From the human T2T-CHM13v2.0 reference genome, Homo sapiens, in NCBI RefSeq assembly GCF_009914755.1, contig NC_060932.1: 64,000 bases of DNA. The stretch is one strand, 5' to 3'. Each line of letters begins with the position of its first letter. Within the stretch, counting starts at the first letter, position 1. Below, piece by piece: positions 29,498 through 45,310 of the stretch. The notes beneath the pieces were generated by a model. That model did no database searches. It was not told where the DNA came from and saw only the letters and a list, made by a program, of their open reading frames with translations. The position numbers and the translations under genes are program-made.

Positions 29498-32400
29498 TTC
29501 CCAGTAGTACATACGGACAGACTGTGTTAAAGTACAAAAACCAAAATCTACACGTTACCTATTAGTCACTGACGCACAGTAAGAAATGCAGATAATACAT
29601 ACCAACAAGTTAGCAATGGTTTCTTTAGGTCTTGGATTCCGGTAATAATCCATTATGTCTTTAGCCTTATTTGTAACATGCTCAAGGAGCATTTTGTCCT
29701 ATTATATAACCAAATGAAGGAAGTAATGAAATTACCACATAATTATCACTTATGTAGCAAAATTAGTACAAAAACAACATTAAGGAAATAACCAATCAGT
29801 GTTGGTTCGTTTATTATCCCACCTCTCATTATAAGACCTCGTGCATGCTGAGGGAAACCAATAAGGTTTGTTCATTCATTCATGAAATAAATTATTACTG
29901 AGTGCCCAGTTTGTACCAAGCACAACAAGAGAAGATGGTGGTGACCAAGAGGTACATCAAATTACCAGACTAGGAAGTTTTATAATCTGTCATTGAATAA
30001 ATGGACATTAAGGAGTCATTTCTATTATACAAAGGTGCAAATCTACCTGAGAAAAAGAGAAAAGAGGCATGCAGTAGATGTGGCCTTGGGGATATCCGGG
30101 GTGCTGTGAGGGAAGTGTGCAGGGCAAGGTTTCAGAGCTAGGGAAGCCCTTCTAGGTTTATAAAACATTCTGAGGGATCTGGAGGAAAGGAAGGTGGGGG
30201 AGACAGAGGGAAAAGCAGAGACAGGGAATGATCATGCCAAGGAGAAAGTTCCTGGCAAGGTGTGCAGGTAAGAGAAAGCAGGAGATGTTGAGGAAACGGA
30301 GGAAGTCCACTGGGCTGTCACATGCCAGGGTGAGTTGATGCCAAAGAGACAGGCAGTGCTGGGCTGGAGAAGCCTTGTCAGCCAGGTCCATTTCGATAAT
30401 CAAAATAATTTATGATGAAGAAAGAGTACAAGCAGATCAAAGTATTTTTCTTTTAAGAAGATAATTTTCTTTTAAGGAGAAAGCAAAAAGATAAAATTCC
30501 TCAAAAACAAACCACCCATTAATAAAATCTCCTAAAAAATGTTCTAGAGCATGTATTAAAGATGATCTAACTTGCTGAGCTTTGGAGCAGTGCCTGGAAA
30601 TGTTAAGTGCACCCAGTAGGTCTGCAGTATACACAGATGTCCTTCTGATGACAACGCTTGCCTATGCAGGCTGGAAGTCTGCCTAAAACAGGGTCCTGCC
30701 CAGCCAGTTTCATCTGAAAACACAATGTATTTGCTTTTCTGCTTTCTCCACACCTCCCTGACAAGTCTCTCATTACCCACTGTTAGCCCGGTTTTCCTCT
30801 GGACATTTTATCTTCATTTCCTTGGCCACAGGTCCAGATTCTCTGTAGATGGAAACCTCTATTTTCCTTTTTGTAAAATAAAAGAGAGAGATTCTTGCAG
30901 ACAGGTTGTCCAAGCCTCTGCCATCAGGATGTGTGAGTTTACAATTGCCATGTATGCCCACCCAATAGGAATCACAATCTCTGAATAATGGAGAATATTC
31001 TTCTCATTCTCTGCCTCATCTTTGCCCCTCAGAATTGTTGAAGGAAGAATCTTTACTGACTGAGGGACTGATGCAGTGACAAATGAATTGTTCAGTTACT
31101 CAATCAATAAACTCATTCACTGAGCTCTGCTGGGGCTTGCACTCCCTCACTCCACTTCTGTCTGCTTTAGCCCCAAAGCTGTGGCCCTGGACATTTCTCA
31201 GAAGTGGTTCCAGCTCGGTGGTATCTTCCCAGGAGACCCGCTTAGCGCAAGGAGGAAACTTGCATTTTTTCAGAGTCATCCTGTGTATACTTCAACTAAC
31301 TCCTCAGCACTGTTTACTAACACACCATTAAGACCTCTCTTTATAGACCTACTTTTGGAATCTGTGGTTGCATTTCTCTTTTGCCCCAGTTATGTCTTAT
31401 CTAGGAAGCTGAGCCCCCTAAAGCCACCAGCATATTACGTTGCCACCCATGTTCCTGTCCATCCCAATCATCCCAATCATCCTGGGAGTTGGATGTCTTT
31501 GCTGAGTGCAAGCAAAAGGGACTTTTGTTGTTGTTGCTTGTTTTCATTTTTATCTCATTTAGTGATTAAGGTGCATCCAATACTCAAGTGGCAACACACC
31601 CAGTGGCACCATCAGAGTTGCCTGTGACATGACAGATCATCAACTATATCAAGGTGAGAACATCACAAACAGGAAACGTAGTTGTCAAATCATGCCAGGC
31701 CAAATGTGGAGCCTAAAAACACTGTGTCAGGAAGACATTCTCCAGAGCCTTGAGATGAGCATTGAAAAACAGAGGGTTGCCTCTCAGTGAGTGCTCAATA
31801 GAGCTTTGCATGGGGGGTCCACATCATGAATCATCACCGAGTCCCCCTTATGAGCTGGGTAAGGATACTTGAACTTCTGAGCCTGCCCACCCTTGGCAGG
31901 GAAGGCAGAGCTAAGGAAGTGAAGGTGTGGTCGGAGATATCTGTTAGAGGAGCAAGGACTCAGTGATTCTGAAGAGGGGGATTCATGAAGGCTGGGAGGG
32001 TGAGCTGGATTTCAATCAGAAGAGAAACGATACAAAGAAGGTTGAATCCATGCCTTAGCCATGTCACCTCTCAGTCCCTTTAGAGCAGTGAATGCCCAGA
32101 TTTTCTTTCTTTAAAATAAGAACTTAGCGGTCTCAATGTGTCTATCTTTAACTTTTGCCTTTTTTCTTCCTGAAATGTTAGGGTATGTGTGTATGTGTGT
32201 GTGTTTTGTTTGCTTGAATTATTGTTATTTTCTCTTGATTTCATGAGGAAAGACCCCACTTGAGAAATAGAAACTTGGTTTTGAAAAATCCAATTTGATT
32301 CTGTTGTAACTTATTTATTTTGATTTTTACTCCTGATGGTTTATTTTCTCATTGTAGCAGTGTTGGGTTATGGGAGCAGAACCTGCTCTGGATATTTTGA

Positions 32401-33039
32401 GCAGAGAGAGACTTAGTGCAGGGATTTGGTTGCAAGGGTATTGGGGTGGGTTGGGAAAGCAAAAGTGGGAGGAAGATGTTGGTGCTAACACGGATTTAGG
32501 AAGCAGGTGTTCGCATGAGATGAGGAGACTGCAGCTGAGACATTTTGATTGACTTGTTTAAGATCCTGCTATCCCTTGTTCTCATGAAGCCCAAAATCCA
32601 GGCAAGGGAGCAAACATACACAATCAGCCATGGAGATTGAGCCTCTCCTGCCTCTAACTCCTGCCCAGTTCTCACTATGTCATGCTGCCTGCCATAGATG
32701 AGTGACCAGGAGGCTCAGGGACCTGGAAGGGGACTTTCTGCATCTCCATACCCTGGCGTATGTTCTTGGGATCTGAAAAATTATCAAATATCTACTACCA
32801 GCTCTTTGAAACTTTTCAAAAACACCACATGCAGAGCTAGCTGACAATAGCCTGAATCTGAACAAACAGGTTGACTGAAAACTGGCTGGATCAAGGTAGC
32901 TATATTTAGACTAATAGAATAGCATGTCTTAGTGAAAGATTGGAACCTCAAAAGTCACCTATAAGCATATTTATTGACCAGGCATTTGACTAATGGAAGA
33001 TATTTCTAAGGCAAGAGACAAAGACACTGGCAGAACTTA

Positions 33040-34440
33040 GGCATAAAATGACCATCACACAAGCATTTATACAAGAATGAATTTCGATCCTTCTCAAACT
33101 CTTCCAAAAAAATAGGATAGGAGGTAACACTTCCAAACTCATTTTTTGAGGCCAGCATTACCTTGATACCAAAACAAGATAAGGCCATCCAAGAAAAAAA
33201 TATATAGACCAATATATCTGATGAACATAGATGCAAATATTTTGATCAAAATACTAGCAAGCCTAATTCAACAGCACATTAAAAGGATCATATGCCATAA
33301 TCAAGTAGAATCTACTCAGATGCAAGGATGTTCAACACATGAACATCTGTAAATATAATACAGCATATCAACAGAATGAAAGACAAAAACCATATCATCA
33401 TCTCAATAGATGCAAAAAAGCATTTGACAAAATTCAACATCCTTTCATGATAAAAATTCTCAACAAATTAGGTATAGAAGAAAGAATAAAGATCATATAT
33501 TTCAAGCCTACAGCTAACATCATACTCAATGGTGAAAAGCTGAAAGCTTTTCCTCTAAGATCAGGAACAAAACAAGGGTGTCCATTATTACCACTTCAGT
33601 TGAACACAGTATGGAAAGGCTTAGCCAAAGAAATTAAACAAGATGAAAAGGGCCTCCGTATTTTAAAGGAAGAGGTAAAGTTGTTTCTGTTGGCAGATGA
33701 CATGATCTCATATACAGAGAAGCCTAAAAATTCCATCAAAAAACTGTTAGGATGAATAAAAAAATTTAGTAAAGATGAAGGATACAAAATCAACATTAAA
33801 AAATCAGTTGTGTTTCTGTATGCTAACAACAAATACCTCAGAAAGAAATCAATAAAGCAATCCCATGTATAGTAGCTACAAAAACAATAAAATACTTAGG
33901 GACAAATTTAATCAAGGTGGTAAATGATCTATACACTGAAAATATAAGACACTAATGAAAGAAACTGAAAAGGGCACAGATACATGTAAAGATAGCTCAT
34001 GTTCGTGGATTAAAAGAATTAATATTGTTAAAATGTCCATGCCATTTAAAGCAACCTATAGATTTGATGTAAGCCCTTACAAAATTTCAGTATTTTTCAC
34101 ATAAATAGAAAAAAGAACTAAACTTCATATGACACCACAAAAGACCTCAAATAGCCAAAGCAATCTTGTGCAAAAAGAACACAAACAAAGGGAAAAACAT
34201 TCCATGCTTATGGATAGGAAGAATCAATATCATTAAAATGGACATACTGCCCAAAACCATTTAGAGATTAAATGCTATTCCTATTAAAACTACCATTGAT
34301 ATTCTTCACAGAACTAGAAAAATTGTTTTAAAATTCATATTGAGTTCATATAAAATTCATAAAAGAGTCCAAATAGCCAGTGGGGTGGTAATTATTTTAC
34401 AATACACACATATATCAAATCATCACATTGCAGACCTTAA
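33040..34440 (+). pseudogene. Degenerate L1M ORF2 (reverse transcriptase) fragments
   Basis: ORF 33339..33755 translates to [13 protein letters not shown]...[14 protein letters not shown]...LADDMI; multiple stops and frameshifts. Confidence 0.9.
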
Positions 34441-36125
34441 TAAATGGAAACACATCTCATGTCATGGATTGGAAAGCTCAATATCGTGAAAATGACCATT
34501 TCAATATTTGAAAATGACCATTTGAAACTGCCCAGAGCAATCTACAGATTCAATGCAATTCCTATCAAAATACCGTCATCTTTCACAGAATTAGAAAAAA
34601 AAATCCTAAACTTCATGTGGAACCAAAAAAGAACATGAATAGCCCAAGCTATCCTAAGCATGAAGAACAAATCTAGAGGAATCACATTACCTGGCTTCAA
34701 ATTATACTACAAGTCTATAGTTCCAAATCAGGATGGTACTGCTATAAAAGCAGACATACAGACTAGTGGAAAAGAATAGAGAACTCAGAAATAAAGCCAA
34801 ATTTACAACTAACTGATCTTCAGCAAAGCCTACAAAAAATAAATTGGGGAAAAACATCCTTATTAATAATTGATGATGGGAAAACTGGATAGCCACAGGT
34901 AGAAGAATGAAACTGGATCAATCCTTATCTCTCACCTTATACAAAAATCAACTCAAGATGAGTCAAAGACTTAAATCTAAGTCCTGAAATCAGAACAATT
35001 CTTGAAGACAACCTAGGAAAAACTCTTCTGGACATTGGCCTATGCAAAGACTTTATGACAAAGAACCCAAACACAAATGTTACAAAAACAAAGATAAATA
35101 GATGAGTCCTAATTAAGCTAAAAAGCTTCTGTACAACAAAATAAATAACCATCAAAGTAAACAGACAACTTACAGAATGGGAGAAAACATTTGCAAACTC
35201 TGCATTTGACAAAGGACTAATATCCAGAATCTACAAGGAGCTCAAACAAATTAGTGAGAAAAAAAATCCCATCAAAAAGTGGGCAAATGACACGAATAGA
35301 CATTTCTCAAAAGAAGATACACAAATGGCCAACGAACATATGCAAAAATGCTCAATGTAACTAATCATCAGGGAAATGCAAATTAAGACTACAATGAGAT
35401 ACCACCTTACCCCTGCAAGAATGAATATTATTAAAAAGTCAAAAAACAGTAGATGTTGGCATGGATATGGTGAAAAGGAAATGCTATACACTGCTGGTGG
35501 GAATGTAAATTAGTACAAACTCTATGGAAAACAGTATGGAGATTTCTTAAAGAACTAAAAGTAGGCCTACCGTTTGACCCAACAATCCCAGTGGTGGGTA
35601 TCCACCCAAACAGAAAGAAGTCATTATATTAAAAAATGCACCTGCATGTGTATGTTTATTGCAGCACAATTCACAATTGCAAAGATATGGAACCAAACTA
35701 AGTGTCCATCAACCAATGAGTAGGTAAAGAAAATATGCTATATCCACACCATGGAATACTACTCAGCCATAAAAAGAATAAAATGATGTATTTTGCAATA
35801 ACTCAGGTGGAGTTGGAGGCCATTATTCTAACTGAAGTAACTCAGGAATGGAAAACCAAATACTGTATGTTCTTATAAGTGGGAGCTAGACTGTGGGTAT
35901 GGAAAGGTATGCAGTGTGGTATAATGGACTTTGGAGAATCAGAAAGAGGAGAGTGGAAGGGGGTGAAAGATAAAAAATTGCACGCTGGGTACCATGTACA
36001 ATACTTGGGTGATGGGTATGCTAAAATCTCAGACTTCACCACTATATAATTCATCCATATCATCAAAAACCACCGTACCCCAAAAGCTACTTAAATAAAA
36101 AATATTTTTAAAATAAAATTAAAAA
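34441..36125 (+). mobile_element. 5'-truncated L1PB/L1MA1-like element nested in an older L1M 3' end
   Basis: ORF2 C-terminus plus 3'UTR ending aatctcagacttcaccactat...ccccaaaagctacttaaataaaa; flanking AGACCTTAA duplication; the host L1 3' end resumes at about 36130. Confidence 0.85.
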
Positions 36126-39100
36126 GTGGTAGACCTTAAAAATATGCAATTTTTATGTCAATTATACCTCAATAAAGCTAGAAAAACAAAACAAACCAAA
36201 AAGCTGTCCACATCATCATTCATAAGAAATGACATTGAAATCATATTCAATATAAGGAGAATGGTTAAAGAAATCGCACCACATGCATTAAATGGAAAAC
36301 TCTGAGGTAATTTAAAAGGTTTAGCTCTTAACATAATTAATGAAATAGCAACATATTTACAATCCATAACATTAAAAAGATATTAATTGAAAAATTATCT
36401 CTGGGATCTTAAATAAATTCCTGACCATTCAAACTGCAAAGAAACAGAAGTTCTTTCTCATGATAAAACAAAAAAAGAAACCTGTTTAAGGTGAAAGTGT
36501 CCTTAGATTTCATGTTCCTGAGTCAGAATACCAGCTTTGCTACTGACTAGTGACCTTAATCAATTCATTTCATGACTCTGCATCTGCAAGTTTCCCATTT
36601 AATCTTTAAATTCCTTTGGCCCTGAAACTCTGCTGTATTTCCCATATAAGTCTATTTCCTCTGGTTCATAGTCAAATACTTCAAGGCAATAATCTTCAGA
36701 GTCTGTTCTCAATGAAGGTAAACTGGCCACATAGAAGAGCTGGGTCATGAGAGATAATTCCTCACACATTCCTGATTCAAATGTCAATACCATCCTTGCT
36801 GGTGCTTTTTTTTTTTTTTTTTTTTTTTGGTTAGGAATCCCTTGCCCAGGCTCCTCAATGCACAAGCACAGGAAGGGCTGACGTCTAGCTCATAAAGACT
36901 CCTACTGAGGGGCAGATTCCTCCATCTGTGCAAAAAGGAGAAAGGAATCATCTAAACTGCTAGGAAAGGCACTGGTCTGGGAACCCATCATGTTGGTTCT
37001 CTCGGTGACTTTGACATTGACTCTTTTGTGCTACAACTTTGCAGAGAGCCAACATCTCCTTATCTACAGAATATGGGTGCCGGCCTTGATGAATACTAGG
37101 CTTTGGAACTGGATCCTGTGTTGGGAAGAGAGAGGAATAAAACATAGTCCCTGACTTCACTGAGTTTGAATCTGCAGGGGCCAAGGGAGGAACTGGATAT
37201 TTTTTACACAAATACATGCACACTTAAAGTCCTGATTGCCACAAAACAGAGGTGCCTGCCAGCCAGGACGAGGGGCACTTCCTGCAGGGAGTAGCCTGTG
37301 AGCAGAGTTCTGAAGGAAATGAAGGCGTGAGGAGGCAAAGCAGAGGGGAGACAGAGGGAGACACATGCAAGCATCCTATCTTCTCGTGTACATTAGCAGA
37401 GATGGCCAATCTGTGGTCTGCACAAACCCATGGTTAGGAAGCAGAAAGGAATGTTCAGATGAAATATTAAGGAAAGATTATGTCTTTTAAAGCAAGATTA
37501 TTCCTGCCTGGAAGATAAAAGGCTTTGTGTAAGTGGGAGTGGAAAATTGAGCTGCAGAATTTGATGATCTGGTAGGAAATAAATAAAAAAATTGAGGGGC
37601 AAAAGCACATTTGTCAGGTGTCACAGAACAAGCAAAGGCAGCCTCTACCTGAAAGAAACAGAAAGCAGTCCAGCCTGAGTGAAGGCATGCATCCGGGATG
37701 ATTTCAAAAGTTTTATTTCAGAGACCTTGAAAATAAGGCTCAGATATTTGCTGCTAATGAATGCTTTTTAGTCTATATCAAATGCCTCTCTATAGCTTTT
37801 TTCACTGTGGACTGAGACTTCTTTGAAATCCTCTCTGGTTCTTGTCTTTTTCTCTTAATTCTCTGGCTATTCCTCCTCAGGCATCCTCATCAACTTGTTT
37901 TTATCTGCCCACCCCTGAATGTTCACACAGCCTCAGAAGGCCTCGGCTGGCTTCCTTTCAAATTTCACAGAATCTCCACCTTCAAACTTATCCTCCCATC
38001 TGGCTTTAACCTCTGTGTATCTGCTGGTGACTCCACATGAATTAACATCAGTTCAGATCTTCCAACGAACCAGCTGAGTCCCCGGTGCTGGGCTGTTTAT
38101 GCATTTTATTATATTGAATTATTTTTAGGCAATGGAGCTCCTTCTTTCCCAGCCCCCCAACTCAATCTTACATGGAAGTCTAATCTGTAAAGCAGACAAA
38201 CATAATTTTATGAAAATAATTTAGTTTATATAGTCCAAATGGGTAGCATTTGCTGAAGAAAATCAGTGAAACCATGAAGCTATTCTGGTTGACATGCAAG
38301 TTAGAAATCAAGAGCTATGGAGCCTTAGATAAGGAGTTTTTTATTTTTCTGACAGCATAAGATAGAGTATATCTAACATCTACAAGCATCACTGTTTGTA
38401 CATACGTATTTTGTGTGATATATATTTGATTCATCCCATCCCTTTTCAAAATCTTTGGCTCTGCTATTCATTTTTACCCCCCAGGGTAACTATTTCTCTT
38501 GCTATTATTCAAAAACCCTAAAATTGATTTTTTTAATAAAAATTTGGGATCAATTATTGTTTCAAAGTCCCATTACTTTATCTAGCAAATGTTCACACTC
38601 CCTTCCTCATGAATACTAAAGCCAAATGAGAGGTATGGGGAGCTCAGGGTAAGCACTGAAATCACACATAGCCCAATTTGTCATGACCTGGGATGCCATC
38701 TGTTCTCATGTCATTGCACAACTCTGTGCTGAGCGATGTGACCCAGCCAGGCCTGGCATCTGGGCCCCTCATGTACAGGTGCTATGGAGGGGCATGTCTG
38801 CTTGCATCATGTCACGTGATCAGACGTATGCATCTGCTACGTCACTCCCTCAATGCCACAGAGTTGAAATATGGAAAGAAAGGAAGTCTACACAAAAACA
38901 GCTAAGAAATATAGCACGAGTCCATGACGGTGAGAAGGACAGGCAGAGCCGCTGCCGTTTGAATATTAATTCCGTGACAAGGGCTTGCATGACCTAAGTA
39001 AATCTGCAACATGACCCCACGAGACAGGGTCTACTCCTGCTATCATGCTCATATGCAGAAATTAAGGCACTGGGCGCTTGCCCAAAGTCTCACCATTTTA

Positions 39101-40413
39101 GAGGTGGAGCCAGGATTTGAACCCAGACACTAGAAGTTATATTCCTAAAATAGGTCTTCACTGTATAAATATTTACTAAAATAATAAGACAAACATTTCA
39201 TTCATTGCATTTTTTAAAACATGTAACATATTTAAGAAAAGCAACTGAAATAACATGTGTGTAGTTAACCTAGAGGTCAGTCCGTGGAACACTGTCTGAA
39301 AGACCCCTAAAAGTCTAATCTTGTCACTGCTGCATCAGTGTGAACGTCCAATGAGAGCTGGGAGTATGAAGAGAAGGAGGATAGTGAGGATGCTGAGCAA
39401 AGGAAGGAATCTGGTTCTGCATCAGGCAGTGCCAGGGGCACAAGGGGAAGCTGAACATCCAAGAAGGAAGACAGCTCTGATGGATAGGACTTAAAATTTT
39501 GATTAGAGGCAGAAGTGAGGGTGGATAAGGGGGTCAGGATGAAGCTCAGGTCCATCTTGCTGGGCCAGCTGCATGGCAGGGCCATTTATCAATAGAGCGA
39601 ATTCCCTCCTTCAGCAGATGCTTGCCACAGGTCCTGTTCCCAACACCACGGGCACAGAAGGGAACAAACAACACTTGCCCAGACCCGGGAGCTGGACCAT
39701 CTGGACTTGAATCCTACCTCCACGACTTAATACTTGGAGAGCCTTGGGCAAGTCAGTGGCTTTCTCTACACCTAAATTTCCCCTTCTGCAAAACAGGGAC
39801 CTATTCATATAACTTATCACATAGGGAAGATGTGATGAGTTAAGTACAGCATACATATGAAATATTACAAATAACTCCTGGCATGTAAACACCACTCAGT
39901 AGGAGTGATCTGCTGAAAGTAACATTATTATTAAATTCAAGAGGAGATGCAGACGAAAAATAACTAAGCCCATATATAATAAGTTAACTGAAGTCACCTA
40001 AAGAAAAAAAGAGTAAGGACTTGCGTATCAACAAGTGAAACAGACAATCTATTCAAAGAAAAAACTGAGCAAGAATTCCTCTCTCAGAAGGTGACATTTG
40101 AGCAAAGACCTGAATTAATTAAGGAAACAAGCTAGACAAAGATTGGGAGAGAAATCACCAAGTGCCAGACAAAAACATACCCAAGTTCAGAAGCTCTGAA
40201 TTGGGAATGAACTTGGTGCATTCAAGAATGAATAAGAGTGACAGGGAAGAGGGATAGAAGATAAGTGTAAGAGGAACCCAGCAATGAGATGACCCCAAGC
40301 GAACCAGGACCTGCTAAGAAGTCCGGATTTTTTTCCTCATGGTTTACAGGATACAATAATATAATAGTGACAAGCCAGACTGTCTGAGTTAGAACCCTGA
40401 CCCCACCTCTTAT

Positions 40414-42028
<1,615 letters not shown>

Positions 42029-42400
42029 CATTCAGCAGAGCCTGGAGACTGCCCTCCTGCCGTTTATGGCAACCAGTATTCCATTTGCCTAACAGCCTCC
42101 CTAGCTCAGAAATAAAATCTGTTCCTTTTCAAGATTACAGTGCTTTCCACCAGCACCCAATGAAAATGCATCTGTGAGCAGGTCAAGAATCAAAGTCCTC
42201 TGCTGCAAAGGTCCTCAAAGATGTGGCTTTCACATTTAAAGCATTAAGACTACAGAATTTCTTCTTATAACTGTTAAGCCACCAAGAAGAAAAGACTAAA
42301 TCATGTAATTATCCATCATTAGTATCAACCTATTAGCTACAATTTTAGAATTCCAAGGTTCTAGGAGAGCAAAGAATTTATCTTGTGCAGCCCCATGTGA

Positions 42401-42757
<357 letters not shown>

Positions 42758-44588
42758 TAAATTTTGACTTAGGAGATCTGGGAGTCAGGATCAAGAAACT
42801 GACCTTAGCAAATGCCCATGGGATTCTGTGAGTCAGGACCTTGGGCCACACATTGAGGAACTCTGCGCTATGCGATGTGGACCCACATGCTGTGGTTTGA
42901 GGGGGTACAGAACAGTTCTCCCCACACTGATCCTAAATATTTTCCATGAGGATAACTCAAATGCCAGGCATCATACTTCATTCTTAGTCTATCAGAAACC
43001 TTCTGACCAAAACAGAAAGCGGTTGTCTTGCCTCTTTTGGTTACTTTGTTTTCTCCAAACAATCAGGATTTTTTTTCTTTAAGTAACGCTTTAATGACTA
43101 TGAGAACTCTAAACAGCATGGTGTTCCACTGATATTCTTTCTACCTAAACAGCCTATTTTGCCTGGCCTTCAAGAGCTCAATTTTCTTTTTTTTCCTAAC
43201 GGCATGACATTCAGCTTTCCACTTCCTTTTGTTCTTTGCTCCGAGCTCTGTCTTCGGATGTGGCTTTTCATCCACTCATTCAACAAATACACATGAGATG
43301 CCTACTCTGCCCCAGGCCCTCTGCTAGGCACCAGCCAGCCAGCATTGAAGAAAGCAACATGGTGCCAACAACTTGGAGTGTGCATCTTAGCATCACCTTC
43401 CTCATGAAAGATTAACTTATATCTCTAAGTATCAAAAGAACAAAAAAGCTTTCTCATGTTAAAAAGACCTGGATGACTCCAAATAGATGCACACAATTTT
43501 ATAACGCCCTTTTCATTGTGCATGGCCTCATACCATGCTGAACCCCTGCTTGAAACCTTTGGTACAAGAACAGTTCCGTGCTGTGGAAGACAACATCGCA
43601 GCTGGGCATCTCAGGGTTCAGAGAGAGCTCTGGACCAGTGCCTGGCACACAGGAGGCCCTCAAGAAGCTTTGAACAAGTAAAACTCCGTCAGGACTAACA
43701 TTCCAGTCCATGCAACTTCCCCACCTTCTGTTATAAAACTAAAATAGCCAGTGTTGATGAGGGTTCCTCATGTCGGACTCCCTTTTCAGTGTGACATTTT
43801 TAATTCTCACAAAAACCACATGAAGGAAGTGTTATTATTATTATTATTATTCCCATTTTACAGAGAAGAAAAATGAATTCCAAGGAGGGGGGTGAGGAGT
43901 CCGAGGTCATCCAGTGTGAATGCGGGCCCAGGCTTCTGATTCTAGAATCTGTGTAAGTGGTACTCTAGAGACAGAGGTTGTTCTCTCTTCCACCCACAAG
44001 GCGAGCCCCTCTGAAGCCTTGTGCTACATCTCTGGATGCATGCTTCAGGGGCCCTCCACTTGTCCCTCATCCCTAGATTTGTTTGCTTAAAACTCATTGT
44101 ACTGGGTGAAGTTTCCCATGCAGCAGCTGTTAATGCCACTGCCTGAGCAAGAAGAAGGTAGTCAAGCTAACCAGGGGACCCTGGAGCCTTAACCCCTAGG
44201 GAACGAATGCAGGGCAGGGCTGTTGACTCCAAGTGAGCCAAAGTCATAAAGATCTGCTGGGGGGACCCTTCTCATTTCTGAGCAGATGAAGATTTGCCTT
44301 GATGACCTGCACCAGAAATCAGGACACCACAAGTCAGTTGTGCCTCACAAAAGAGGGCACCTTGCCAAGGAGGCCCTCCTGAGCCCTGAGTCCCTGGGGC
44401 CTCCCCCCTCCCAAGCCCACATCGCTCACGTTGTAATTGCCACACAATCTCTCTGTCCACACCCTGGTCTTTGGGCCCCATGAAAGTAGCGCCAGCCACC
44501 AAGCTCGCTGTCAACAGCGCCTCATACACAGCAAACTGTCAAAAGTAGAATTTTATGCTGGGTAAGTATCTTAACAGAAATCACAACA

Positions 44589-45310
44589 CGTGCCAGTTAG
44601 AATGGGGATTATTAAAAAGTCAGGAAACAACAGATGCTGGAGAGGTTGTGGACAAATAGGAACGCTTTTACACTGTTGGTAGGAGTGTAAATTAGTTCAA
44701 CCATTGTGGAAGACAGTGTGGCAATTCCTCAAGGATCTAGAACCAGAAATACCATTTGCCCTAGCAATCCCATTACTGGGTGTATATCCAAAGGATTATA
44801 AATCATTCTACTATAAAGACACATGCACATGTGTGTTTATCGCAGCACTATTTACAATAGCAAAGACTTGGAACCAACCCAAATGCCCATCAATGATAGA
44901 CTGGATAAAGAAAATGAGGCACATATACACCATGGAGTATTATGCAGCCATAAAAAAGAATGAATTCATGTCCTTTGCAGGATCATGGATGAAGCTGGAA
45001 GCCATCATTCTCAGGAAACTAACACAAAAACAGAAAACCAAACACTGCATGCTCTCACTCATAAGTGGGAGTTGAACAATGAGAACACATGGACACAGGG
45101 AGGGGAGCATCACACACCAGGGCCTGTCAGGGGGCAGGGGGCAAGGGGAGGGAGAGCATTAGGATAAATACCTAATGTATGCGGGGCTTAAAACCTGGAG
45201 ATGGGTTGGTAGGTGCGGCAAACCACCATGGCCCATGCATGCCTATGTAACAAACCTGCACGTTCTGCACATGTATCCCAGAACTTAAAGTAAAATAAAA
45301 AAATAAAGAA
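44589..45310 (+). mobile_element. 5'-truncated L1PA (about L1PA8-PA10) 3' end
   Basis: ORF 44704..45075 is the ORF2 C-terminus (WKTVWQFLKDLE...SLISGS); typical L1PA 3'UTR; TSD AGAAATCACAACA at 44576-44588 and 45345-45357. Confidence 0.92.

Noticed and set aside
33339-33755. Reverse-transcriptase-like ORF as a novel RT system
   Set aside because: Decayed LINE-1 ORF2 with surrounding stops and frameshifts.
45120-45155. G-quadruplex-like G runs
   Set aside because: Standard G-rich tract of the L1PA 3'UTR.
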